A stretch of 64,000 nucleotides of DNA. Origin: a virus. Its lineage: Duplodnaviria > Caudoviricetes. Shown piece by piece: positions 1 to 9,405 of the stretch (within the stretch, counting starts at the first letter, position 1; the number at the start of each line of letters is the position of its first letter). The notes beneath the pieces are model-generated. The model searched no databases, was not told the origin of the DNA, and saw nothing but the letters and a program-made list of their open reading frames with translations. The position numbers and the translations under genes are program-made. Where the stretch lies: positions 96,001-160,000 of IMG/VR virus record IMGVR_UViG_3300037721_000031, one strand, 5' to 3'.

Positions 1-1128
1 ACCACGTATCGTAGTACGACTAAGCTTGATATCCGGACAGAAAACCAGATTATAGTTAATCAAACTACCATCCAAACCCCATCGCTCACTCTCTTTGATG
101 TAGTGGAATTCAGTGAGAGAAGGCAATACTCCTTCTTGCTGCGATACTAGAATTTCCATAGCCATTCCAGAAGGCCCGGACTTACTACGTAATTGACGCA
201 GTCGTACTACAGATAGGTCCGTATCAAGGTGCAGATTGTCTTCACCGTCACGAGGATATTCAGGGGCTTTAGTTGTTTGATTAATCAGCGGAATAGTACC
301 GTAGCAGTGCCAACAGTTATTCATGATAAACGTAAACTTCTCAGGAACACCCTTGATCTTAACATCACCTTTCAGATGAGCTAGTTTATTAGGCTTTGGG
401 TTGTTAGGATCCATCTCAAACTTATCGCCAATTTGAGCAACCATAAGTACATACGTACCTGACCCACCGGCCAACGCAGGAATCTCGGCAAGGAAACGAT
501 TCTTCTGTAACCCTTGACGCATGAAAACTGTATTTGCACCTTTTTCACCAAGACTGTTATCATTCTGCATCTTGATTACGTCTTGAGTAACGAACTCGCT
601 TAAAGAGTCAACTTCATTAAACGTAGGCAGAATAGTTTCAAGGTTACCAGTTCTCTCTCTATTAGGAAATGGTAATTTAATAAGAATGCTTCGTGCGTTC
701 TTCTTCTTATTTTCCATGAACTCTTTGAAAATATCGTACCATTGATCGCCATGGTAAACTGTTTTATCAGTAATGACCCAGCGACCAGTATCCAGTATAT
801 CTTCTCCGTAGAATTCACCGATAGCATCCATTAGTATTTTCAGGTGAGTCTCATGGACATTAATTTCAGTATCATAGGTACTAGCGGATGTCCTAGTACC
901 AATACGACTCATAGCTGACAGCATACTGTAATGCATTAGCGTCGATTTGAATGAGTTACCCATTCCTACGAAGCCAGTTAATGTACCCAATCCACCGTTA
1001 AGGATATGCTCACCCTTTAGGCCTTTAATATATGTACCTGTCGGAATATCCATCAGACAGCCAATATTTATCATCACTTTGGTATTAGGTGCTGATGTAA
1101 AAACGTTTTGTTTTAAGTCCATATTCAT
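1..1128 (-). CDS. uvsX: UvsX/RecA-like recombinase, phiKZ-type (3' end lies beyond the window start)
   Basis: Not in the ORF track. Manual translation from ATG 1128 (or 1122, AAGG upstream) gives MNMDLKQNVFTSAPNTKVMINIGCLMDIPTG...GGLGTLTGFVGMGNSFKSTLMH, a Walker A-like GxGNxFKST. Near the window edge the same frame reads SGPSGMAMEILVSQQEGVLPSLTEFHYIK and KLSRTTIRG. Both ends were translated and match motifs I recall from phiKZ-like UvsX; the middle was not checked codon by codon. Confidence 0.8.
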   Translation of the reverse strand, partial: MNMDLKQNVFTSAPNTKVMINIGCLMDIPTGTYIKGLKGEHILNGGLGTLTGFVGMGNSFKSTLMHYSMLSAMSRIGTRTSASTYDTEINVHETHLKILMDAIGEFYGEDILDTGRWVITDKTVYHGDQWYDIFKEFMENKKKNARSILIKLPFPNRERTGNLETILPTFNEVDSLSEFVTQDVIKMQNDNSLGEKGANTVFMRQGLQKNRFLAEIPALAGGSGTYVLMVAQIGDKFEMDPNNPKPNKLAHLKGDVKIKGVPEKFTFIMNNCWHCYGTIPLINQTTKAPEYPRDGEDNLHLDTDLSVVRLRQLRSKSGPSGMAMEILVSQQEGVLPSLTEFHYIKESERWGLDGSLINYNLVFCPDIKLSRTTIRG

Positions 1129-1226
1129 CCTTAGTTCGAAGTCATATCTCTCAATAAATAAAGACGATCCGTATTTTTATGACATACTTGTGAATAACAC
1201 ACCAATTACTTATTATTTTGGAATCT

Positions 1227-2081
1227 ATGACTACTACTAAATTTCAGACGGCCATAGAGGGCCACATGGAACTTGCCAGCCGTATCGATAGAAGAATCGC
1301 TATGGAAGCAGGCTTCCTTTCTAATCTCAGTACTACGGTTCGTGAAGCTATTCCGTCTATGATGGCTTCCATCAATGGTGCTTTAAGTTCTATGAAGTTT
1401 TTCTCAAATGAGAAAAATTCTATTAATGGAAGTTCTCTTTTTTTGAACTTGCTAGAAAAAAGCAACTTTGTAGAAATCAGTGATTTAAAGGTATATACGC
1501 CTGAGGGGTTTGTAGGAAATCTTCCCGCATACGCCGACGTTTTGAAGTCATGCAGTGTGCATGCTAGTGAAGTAATAAATGATGTACTGGTACCCTATAA
1601 TACATTTCTGTCGCAGCTTCTTAGCTCAAACAGTGCACGTTTATCTAGCTTTGGCCAGTTAAACTACATGTTGAAGAAAGACGAACAACGTGAGAAACTT
1701 AATGAGCTTGTTGGTAGCTTTATCGTACCAGGTTCTACTCAAGTAAAGCAATCAATTGGTAAAGCCTTTAATAGAAACTCTGAATGGAGAGACATGCTGA
1801 TTAGTCAGAATGAATCTACTCAGGCTATCAATAAGGTAGATGTTAAGACAGTGTTATCAACTGTAGATGAGTGTGTTCAATTAATTGACACTATCAGGAC
1901 AGCATCTAACGCTGGTGAATTGGATGGTTTATCAGGACCAATGCTCAAGCAGCTTTCTAACACCACGTTAACAGCTGCTAATGAAGTAACCTTTTACTCG
2001 ATAACATCGTATCGAGTAAGTGTGTTGAGTAAAGCAATTAATGACTCAATTGAGGCTCTTACTAAAGAACTAAAGAAGTGA
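1227..2081 (+). CDS. Putative virion head/internal protein
   Basis: ORF track 1218..2081; ATG at 1227 preferred. The N-terminal region has A-x-E motifs (AIE, AME) like phiKZ prohead protease sites. Core-gene neighbourhood. Confidence 0.45.
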   Translation: MTTTKFQTAIEGHMELASRIDRRIAMEAGFLSNLSTTVREAIPSMMASINGALSSMKFFSNEKNSINGSSLFLNLLEKSNFVEISDLKVYTPEGFVGNLPAYADVLKSCSVHASEVINDVLVPYNTFLSQLLSSNSARLSSFGQLNYMLKKDEQREKLNELVGSFIVPGSTQVKQSIGKAFNRNSEWRDMLISQNESTQAINKVDVKTVLSTVDECVQLIDTIRTASNAGELDGLSGPMLKQLSNTTLTAANEVTFYSITSYRVSVLSKAINDSIEALTKELKK

Positions 2082-2088
2082 GTAAAAT

Positions 2089-2124
2089 CATAAATGACCA
2101 GGGGAACTCCCCTGGTCATTTATG
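2089..2124. terminator. Bidirectional hairpin terminator
   Basis: 16-bp perfect stem CATAAATGACCAGGGG/CCCCTGGTCATTTATG, loop AACT, between convergent genes. Confidence 0.75.
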
Positions 2125-2141
2125 CCAGAAAGTAAATGACA

Positions 2142-4616
2142 TTACGATATTACTACATGTTCATTAAACTTGTCAGGCACAACAATATTAGATGCGCTAA
2201 GTACGCAACACTCTGTATTTGAGAGGGCTGTAAATTGTACGTAATCATGCGATATCATGTATAGTTGTGAAAATGCGCAGTAGTCTAGTAGGTACTTAAT
2301 TAGATTCACAGTACACGCTTTATGCTCAGCATCCATTCTCTGACCTAATTCGTCAGCAAATAACGGTGCGGAAGATAGATCTAAGTACTGCATGGCTACG
2401 ACTTTAAATGCAAGATCTATAATCTCACACATACCGCCGCTACCTTTAGAGATATCCGGCACAGGTGAATTACCATCACCAACAATCATTGGAAACTTAT
2501 AATCAAGTTCTGTATTACCAGATTCAGAATCTAAGCTGCAGTCCTGTACTTCTAATCGGTATGTCCAGATCTTACTTATCAGTAAGTTCATCTTGCGAAT
2601 AAAACTTCTGATGAATCCGAGCAATCCCTCAGCAATCAGTCCGTCATGAGGAGACAGACATTCCACTAATGTACTTAAAGCTTTCTCTTCTGATTCTAAA
2701 CGTTCTATATTTACTTCAATATCAGCAATGATACCGCGTTGTACGTTTATTTCATTTAAAGCATTTTGCTTCTGAGCTAGCTGGATTTGTAATTCATTCA
2801 AGCATTTATTAATGAATTCATTACGCATTGCTCGCAATAAGTCTACGGTATTATGTTCTAGCTTCTCAACAGACGACGACAGCATCTCACTTAATTTTAT
2901 AATCTCTTGTGTACGCAGTAGCTCTTGTTGCTTGTCTTGTAATAAGCGTTGTTTTTCACGTATAGATCGTGCTAAGCCGCCGAGTTCAACTTCTATTACT
3001 TTTAAAGCATCACTCATTTTACCAACGTCAGCATTATTAGCCTTTATAGCGAGATCAATCAGTGCGTTGTTATTTATCTGTTCAGTATTTAACTTTATGC
3101 ACTTTATGTCATATTCTAAATCTGTCTTAAGCTTTTCCATGTCTCGATATACCTGCATTGGGGAGGTATAGATTGTATCTTTAACAATACTCCAGAATGG
3201 ATTAAGAACAGGTATAGTGCGAACACAACGCATGTATTCGCGCATTAGTTCACCATACTTAACATTTTCCTCTATAGCTTTTTGAATCTCTAGTAGCTTT
3301 TTATTATGCTCTTCTAGAAACTTAGTACCTGAGTTAATGTCGTGATTTATTTTGTTTAGGTTATCTAGAGTATAGCCTGGTATCCACCTGTGTCTGCAAT
3401 TAGGACATTCAGTAGACTCACCATTACGTAAATCTTCCATATGTTTAAGTTGATGCTGTAGATGACTAACTGCGGATACTGCTCGCTGAATCTTATCTTT
3501 TAATTGATATTCTTTATCTTTAAGTGCCTGTAATGACTCAAAGCTCAGACTGCGATCTTCGTTAGGGGATATCTCATGAGTGATTCGCTCTACTAGGTCA
3601 AATATAGATAAGAGGGCTGCTTGAGCTGTAGAGGGATCATCAAAAACCAAATTAAGTTGTTTACGGCTTTGTATTTCATTTCTTTGAATGATTAACTCAT
3701 TATACTTACACCGCAAGTCATCCAGCCCAGAAATATCAGCTTTACTGTACGTGTCGTATTTTTCTTTTAACTCACCGTATGTTTTAAAGCGTATACTAGA
3801 TTCGGTATTGGTTCTTGTAATATCATGCTTGAGTTCATCAATGTAAGTACTTAACTCATCCAGTTTATTTGTTGTCTTTCCTTTTGTTAAAGAAATGACT
3901 CTATTACTAGATTTTAGTATTTCAGATTCAAGTCGGTTCTGATCAGCAATTATTTCAGATACACTAGATTTATCTTCTTTACGTGAATTGTATAGTAAAT
4001 TGATTTCTCTTAACAGGTTCTCTATATCCTGCTGTATTCGATTTGTTTCTTCAGAACTGATGATCTTAGCTGTTTCAACTACTAAACGCCTACGAGCTAG
4101 TTTTAGAGCACCTGATGTATCCCTACTGCGCTCGGAGACTTTATTATAAACGCCGATCGCATAATCATAACTAGTTTCACATAGCTCAGTAAACCATTTA
4201 CGACGAAGTGCCGGACTCATTGAAGAGAATTTCTCAACACCAGTAAGTAAGTCATGAATATCTTGCCTGTACCCGAAGATAGTTTTAACTAAGTCTTTTT
4301 GTACAGTGACAGTTCCACCAGTATTGAGCTCTTCTATTCCATTCTTAATGATAGAGTGTTTTTGAGTAGGATGGAACTTACTTGTCAAAGTGTACTCATC
4401 GTTCAGATGAGTAATCGATATGGCTTTATACCCATCTTTTTCATAATGGATAGGTGTAGCTGGGAGTGGAGATAGCTCACTCACAAGTGAAGACTTACCG
4501 CTGCCATTAGTTCCAAGTATGAGCTGAATACGTTCGGTTGGTGTAATCTTAAAGAAATTAATGTGATTCAAAGCCATGCGCTTGAATCCTTTTAATTCGA
4601 TCCAGTTTATTCTCAC
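2142..4616 (-). CDS. sbcC: SbcC/Rad50-like SMC ATPase
   Basis: Walker A GTNGSGKS, long coiled coil with central CPNC zinc hook, signature SKGSGG, Walker B LFADELG, H-loop ISH. Confidence 0.9.
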   Translation of the reverse strand: MRINWIELKGFKRMALNHINFFKITPTERIQLILGTNGSGKSSLVSELSPLPATPIHYEKDGYKAISITHLNDEYTLTSKFHPTQKHSIIKNGIEELNTGGTVTVQKDLVKTIFGYRQDIHDLLTGVEKFSSMSPALRRKWFTELCETSYDYAIGVYNKVSERSRDTSGALKLARRRLVVETAKIISSEETNRIQQDIENLLREINLLYNSRKEDKSSVSEIIADQNRLESEILKSSNRVISLTKGKTTNKLDELSTYIDELKHDITRTNTESSIRFKTYGELKEKYDTYSKADISGLDDLRCKYNELIIQRNEIQSRKQLNLVFDDPSTAQAALLSIFDLVERITHEISPNEDRSLSFESLQALKDKEYQLKDKIQRAVSAVSHLQHQLKHMEDLRNGESTECPNCRHRWIPGYTLDNLNKINHDINSGTKFLEEHNKKLLEIQKAIEENVKYGELMREYMRCVRTIPVLNPFWSIVKDTIYTSPMQVYRDMEKLKTDLEYDIKCIKLNTEQINNNALIDLAIKANNADVGKMSDALKVIEVELGGLARSIREKQRLLQDKQQELLRTQEIIKLSEMLSSSVEKLEHNTVDLLRAMRNEFINKCLNELQIQLAQKQNALNEINVQRGIIADIEVNIERLESEEKALSTLVECLSPHDGLIAEGLLGFIRSFIRKMNLLISKIWTYRLEVQDCSLDSESGNTELDYKFPMIVGDGNSPVPDISKGSGGMCEIIDLAFKVVAMQYLDLSSAPLFADELGQRMDAEHKACTVNLIKYLLDYCAFSQLYMISHDYVQFTALSNTECCVLSASNIVVPDKFNEHVVIS

Positions 4617-4692
4617 TTTAAGTTTCCTTCTTGTGATTTATTATAATGCATGAGACCCAGTACAATATAACGTAACAAAGTAGAATCTTACC

Positions 4693-5694
4693 ATGAGTAT
4701 AACTCCACCAACCACAGGCAGTAAGTTGCACATTTACGGTCTTGGAATTGTTGCCGCTAATAAAGAACTTCATTCTAAATTCATTGAAGTGGTACCTATA
4801 GAAGCAACCCCAATGTTAGATGGTGAAATTACAGATAACATGGAGACAATCGTAACAAAAGGAAAAGATGCTAGCGGTAGTGTGTATGAGAATAGCGTCA
4901 ACACTACTGCCTCAATTCAGGCTGAGTGGCTCCCTATAGGCGGGTCTAATAGGGCTACTGCTCCAGATGTGCGCCGTGGTGAGCATGTAGTCTTATATAA
5001 GTTCGGAGATACTGATAAGTATTATTGGGTTACTCTTATCTATGACATGAAGTTGCGTAAGTTAGAAACAGCTATCTGGGTTTTTAGTAATACTAGAAAT
5101 GAAGATGTCGATGGTACTGCAGATACAACTTACTTTTTAGAAATATCTACGCACAGGAAATTAGTACATCTCCACACCAGTAAATCAGATGGTGAACCGT
5201 TTGTGTACGATATTCAGCTTAACACCAAAGATGGAGTTTTTACGTTTCAAGACGATATTGGAAATTATATTCAGTTAGATTCTAAGAATGTTAGAATAGA
5301 AGCCAAGAATGCTGATGGTTCGTGGATCGATATGAATCGGCGCGTCATCAACATGTACGCCCCTGAAGATATCAATCTCCGTGCTGATAATAATATCAAT
5401 ATCAGTGCCGGTAATAGTATTAATTCTGACGCTGGATCATCTATAAATGATAAGACTCCAGTGATAACTACAGAAGCAGATAGTACAACTAACACTGTAC
5501 CTGTAACTACATTCACAGGTCAAGTAATAATTGGTGGTGGAATGGCTGTGAGTGGTGGTAGTGGAGCCAGCGCTACCGTTCAAGGGACTGTTGAAGTTAC
5601 AGGCGGTGATGTCATCGTTGAAGGTATTAGTTTCCTTCCGCATGGTCACATTGAACAAGGTGACGGTAACCGTGTTGGTCCGCCAATCGCTTAA
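4693..5694 (+). CDS. Baseplate central spike (gp5/VgrG-like; phiKZ-type)
   Basis: OB-fold-like N-terminus (EWLPIGGSNRATAPDVRRGEHV), beta-helix-like I/N/S repeats, C-terminal HxH apex (PHGH). Divergent from sbcC, as I recall in phiKZ-like phages. Confidence 0.7.
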   Translation: MSITPPTTGSKLHIYGLGIVAANKELHSKFIEVVPIEATPMLDGEITDNMETIVTKGKDASGSVYENSVNTTASIQAEWLPIGGSNRATAPDVRRGEHVVLYKFGDTDKYYWVTLIYDMKLRKLETAIWVFSNTRNEDVDGTADTTYFLEISTHRKLVHLHTSKSDGEPFVYDIQLNTKDGVFTFQDDIGNYIQLDSKNVRIEAKNADGSWIDMNRRVINMYAPEDINLRADNNINISAGNSINSDAGSSINDKTPVITTEADSTTNTVPVTTFTGQVIIGGGMAVSGGSGASATVQGTVEVTGGDVIVEGISFLPHGHIEQGDGNRVGPPIA

Positions 5695-5709
5695 AGTATT
5701 AGTATGTTT

Positions 5710-5758
5710 TACGGCATAAAAGCTCCAGCGGATTATACCCTGGAGCTTTTATGCCGTA
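5710..5758. terminator. Bidirectional hairpin terminator
   Basis: 19-bp stem TACGGCATAAAAGCTCCAG/CTGGAGCTTTTATGCCGTA between convergent genes. Confidence 0.75.
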
Positions 5759-5778
5759 TTTATTGTATTTAGTTATTA

Positions 5779-6282
5779 TTAGAGATACGAGTCTCTTTCA
5801 TAATAGACTTCCGGAGAGCCAGAATCAGGCACGAGTATGAAATACTTAACAATAACATAATCACCATCGCTAACAGAAGCACTTCCTTTAATTCTATTAA
5901 AACTAGGAGATGCACCATTTACAGTAGTTATTTGTGGAACAGTAGTCGAGCCTGAAGGATTATAAATCAATGTAAACGGTACTAATACCTTATTGCTTGA
6001 TGATGGACCAACATATGGTACATTCGTAAGAACGACAGCCGTAATGTTTCCATAGCCAGTCATTCGTACAATATTACCCTGACGATAGTCGTGAGTCAAT
6101 GTAGATGGATCAGGTAACGTTACATCCTTACTTACATTACCAGCAGAATATGTATAGAAACCACCAGGAAATGCTGCAGCTACGCTGTTTGTCCCTTTAT
6201 TTAACTTATTCCCAACTGCAGTGGTTGTATTGGAAGCTGCATTAGAAATGGCAGCTTGAAGAGCAGTATAACTTATTGTCAC
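5779..6282 (-). CDS. Hypothetical protein, possibly virion/tail-associated
   Basis: 167-aa ORF, S/T/G/V-rich, co-oriented with two upstream probable structural genes. Confidence 0.4.
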   Translation of the reverse strand: MTISYTALQAAISNAASNTTTAVGNKLNKGTNSVAAAFPGGFYTYSAGNVSKDVTLPDPSTLTHDYRQGNIVRMTGYGNITAVVLTNVPYVGPSSSNKVLVPFTLIYNPSGSTTVPQITTVNGASPSFNRIKGSASVSDGDYVIVKYFILVPDSGSPEVYYERDSYL

Positions 6283-6301
6283 GGCGTATTCCTATTAATC
6301 A

Positions 6302-6916
6302 TCAAGGTGGTAAGTTAGCCGCAATATATGCTTCTAACTCTTGAATTTGCAATGTAAGTGCGTCTCGTTGGGTAACAGCTTCTAAGTAGAGTGCTCTATC
6401 TGTTCTAGTAGCCGTTATGTTAGCTACGCGGTTGGCCTCAACAGCGTTATGATCGGATTGAGGTAGATTCTTTGTAGGTGAAATAGCTACTTGAGTTACA
6501 GTTGACGTAACTCCTATGGTTTCTCTTACAAGATCAACGACTCGTTGCTTTATAACAGATAGATCTAAATAGTTAGGAACCGCACCTATGTTAATTCCAA
6601 GAACAATAGCGGTATATGGAATACCACCCATGTTTGGATAACCAAGCACGTATGAGGTTGGTACGTATACCCAGTGACCACCATTAGAGCGAAGAGATAC
6701 AATACACTCACCGTTCTGCAAGTCGTTCTGATATTGTTGGTAAGTTAACCCGTGTTCGGAATAAAATTCTGCATGCGGGTCTATTCCCAGTACAATGATA
6801 TCAGTCATCTTACGTACAGCATCGCATGTGTACGATACATTAGACTGTAACAGAGCTGCGTACGGGCCACTTAACCTAAATATACCAGATGCCCCAATAG
6901 GGGGTGTTAAAGACAT
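6302..6916 (-). CDS. Conserved phiKZ-like hypothetical (probable structural) protein
   Basis: 204-aa ORF with C-terminal coiled coil; operon with 6936..8267. Confidence 0.5.
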   Translation of the reverse strand: MSLTPPIGASGIFRLSGPYAALLQSNVSYTCDAVRKMTDIIVLGIDPHAEFYSEHGLTYQQYQNDLQNGECIVSLRSNGGHWVYVPTSYVLGYPNMGGIPYTAIVLGINIGAVPNYLDLSVIKQRVVDLVRETIGVTSTVTQVAISPTKNLPQSDHNAVEANRVANITATRTDRALYLEAVTQRDALTLQIQELEAYIAANLPP

Positions 6917-6935
6917 ATTTAGCCTTTCTTACCTA

Positions 6936-8267
6936 TTACGGTGTATTGTAGTCTAAACCTAATTTGTCGTAAACTGAACGTTTAGACGCCACCAAATATT
7001 GAATATTTTGATAAGTCTTTACGACATACCAGATTTCACTACGTTGCATTTTCATCATACCTTGAGGTACAGTGGAAAACTCAGTCATAGTCTCAGCCAC
7101 AATGATCATTTCAGAAAGCATCAGTACCCATGCTTGCGTGACAGGATTCATCCGGTTGAATTCAATAGAACTGGTAGTGACGTTAATGTAATCTTCAAAT
7201 ACTTGATCAATACCAAACAAACTATCTCTGTTCTCAGACGATCCAATAGTGGATACTGTCAATGATCGGTATGGGTGCCCCATTACCACTGTATTAGCAT
7301 CAATATGTGTGTTACCATAATCTACAGCAATTTGCTTTACGAATGCTATGGCATTAACAGGACGACTCAGAGGAGAATAAATTCCTTGCTGAAGAGTCAT
7401 GTTAGGAATACCATATTTATGCCAATGAGGAATAATAACAAATTCAGTACGCTTGAAGATGTCTGGAAAAATTACTGTCCATTCAGCACGATTATGCGAA
7501 CTGTGAGTAAGAATCCAATCCACTAGTGCATCTTTAATAGCATCGATGTTATTACCTGACGGGCCATAGATTAGTACAGGCCAATTCACAGGTACTCGAT
7601 GAGCGCTATTGATTGGATCTACATAATCGTAAATGTCTGAACGGATAATTGTCTCAGGATTACCACCCTTAAACTGTTGGATTCTATCCATTGTTTGAGG
7701 AACAGTAATTGCAGAGATTAGGCTCTCAACATTGGCACCTGATGTAAAGAAGTTATCTAAATTATCTAACGGTGTTACAACGGTGATGTTAAAATCAGTG
7801 TATTGAGTAATAAACCCATTAATTGTAAACCATACTGTATTTTCGTTATCTTCTACGAGTAAGTCAGAAGACCATTTAACCCAGTCAGGAAACCACTTTC
7901 CGTCGTGAGAATTCATTGGCCCTAGTGTGAAAGTACCAGCATCGTTGGTCAATCCCCACGTAAATAAATCGTCAAGAAGTTCGTCAGAGAATATCTCGCC
8001 GCTAGTAGTCTGACCTTTATCAATTATAAGATGAGAAATAGCGATAGCTTGAGTAACTAGTTGAAAGTCCATAGTTGCAGGACCATCAACATCTGAGCTA
8101 CTTACGAAATTCATTAATGTATAACCTGGTCGATCGTGATCGACATACACTCCAAGATCTCTGGTAAATGTTTGACCATAAGTTGACAATTCACCAACGC
8201 TCGAGTTTTCACCAGGAACATTAGTTATCAACGCATCAACGTTGCAAAAGCTTTTCGATGAGTACAT
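6936..8267 (-). CDS. phiKZ-like virion structural protein
   Basis: 443-aa ORF. N-terminus (NVPGENSSVGELSTYGQTF) resembles jumbo phage structural proteins as recalled; sits between the spike and RNase H genes. Confidence 0.5.
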   Translation of the reverse strand: MYSSKSFCNVDALITNVPGENSSVGELSTYGQTFTRDLGVYVDHDRPGYTLMNFVSSSDVDGPATMDFQLVTQAIAISHLIIDKGQTTSGEIFSDELLDDLFTWGLTNDAGTFTLGPMNSHDGKWFPDWVKWSSDLLVEDNENTVWFTINGFITQYTDFNITVVTPLDNLDNFFTSGANVESLISAITVPQTMDRIQQFKGGNPETIIRSDIYDYVDPINSAHRVPVNWPVLIYGPSGNNIDAIKDALVDWILTHSSHNRAEWTVIFPDIFKRTEFVIIPHWHKYGIPNMTLQQGIYSPLSRPVNAIAFVKQIAVDYGNTHIDANTVVMGHPYRSLTVSTIGSSENRDSLFGIDQVFEDYINVTTSSIEFNRMNPVTQAWVLMLSEMIIVAETMTEFSTVPQGMMKMQRSEIWYVVKTYQNIQYLVASKRSVYDKLGLDYNTP

Positions 8268-8436
8268 GAATTATTTCCTAGAAGCAAAGCTTAAATGTTA
8301 GAATAGTGCTAGGTTTATTATAGTAGACAGCTATTCTTAAATATAGAAGAACGGAACTAGTGCTAATAAATTGTATAGTAATACATGTTTTAGCGTTTAT
8401 TTAAGTTCCGAACATACACAGGATTAAGGAGCCCGA

Positions 8437-8817
8437 ATGTCTGGATTTACAATCCTTGCGTCGGTTTTCAAAGCACTGAAGTTTATATGGCCTTTTATTG
8501 CAGAGATGTTTTTTGCTGGTAAGAATATAAAGCAAATACTAGTTGAGAATAAATTCGCAATAATTTTACTTGTCTTACTCTTATTTTCTATTTTTCTTAA
8601 TTATGCTAGCTTTAGCAAGGTTTATGAACTTGCCATTGCTCGTAGAGAAAATGATCCTCAAAAGAAAATACTAAAAGACAGAGTCGAAAAAGACAAGTCA
8701 GTAGCTGAAGAACCGTACCCACCTACCTCCTCTTTACCATCATCTGCTCCATCAGAAGGAATTGACTCACACGAGGCCGTGCGTCAAAGACTAGAGCATA
8801 TTTATAAGAGTCACTAA
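8437..8817 (+). CDS. Membrane protein (one or two TM segments)
   Basis: AAGGAG RBS; hydrophobic segments FKALKFIWPFIAEMFF and FAIILLVLLLFSIFLNYA. Confidence 0.55.
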   Translation: MSGFTILASVFKALKFIWPFIAEMFFAGKNIKQILVENKFAIILLVLLLFSIFLNYASFSKVYELAIARRENDPQKKILKDRVEKDKSVAEEPYPPTSSLPSSAPSEGIDSHEAVRQRLEHIYKSH

Positions 8818-9309
8818 ATGAATACCCGTTATGTTTTACTTGCTGTAGTAGTTCAATTTATTTGCTTATCAAGTTGTTCTATTATGGTGGAGTATCCGCC
8901 TAAATCTAAAAACTCTATCCCATTATTACTGGAGGCTAGTGAAAAAGAAACTGCGACAGCGGCTAACCGACCATCAGAAGATGGTCGGAAGCAATTTGAT
9001 ACATCTATTGCAGCTATTACAGATAAAATTAATAAGCTAGAACAACGGAATGAATCACTAAATAAATCTATTGTGAAAGTGACACTTTGTTCCGCATTCG
9101 TACCACCAGTAATGCCTGAGGCACCACGAGTAGACTTTTCAAAGTTAAGGGCCATACCAAGTAATGATCATACAGCGGTGAAAAATCTATTAATAGATAA
9201 CATACAGGCAATGAATGATCATGCTAAGAAAGTAGAGGATTCTTTGAAATTAGCCATGATCATTCATCGTAGAACATGTGGTGTTCGTGATGTTATCAAT
9301 AAGAAATAA
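8818..9309 (+). CDS. Putative lipoprotein
   Basis: Signal peptide with lipobox LSSC, coiled coil, Pro-rich stretch; abuts the upstream stop codon. Confidence 0.55.
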   Translation: MNTRYVLLAVVVQFICLSSCSIMVEYPPKSKNSIPLLLEASEKETATAANRPSEDGRKQFDTSIAAITDKINKLEQRNESLNKSIVKVTLCSAFVPPVMPEAPRVDFSKLRAIPSNDHTAVKNLLIDNIQAMNDHAKKVEDSLKLAMIIHRRTCGVRDVINKK

Positions 9310-9405
9310 CACACGTTGCTGATGATGTGTTCTATAGATATTAGTTAGCTCTATATCTGTTAAAGAGAATAATCATTAAATACACTATTCGCAAGAGGAC
9401 TTTAA

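Noticed and set aside
947-1240. 97-aa + strand ORF
   Set aside because: Antisense to the uvsX start and spans the divergent promoter region.
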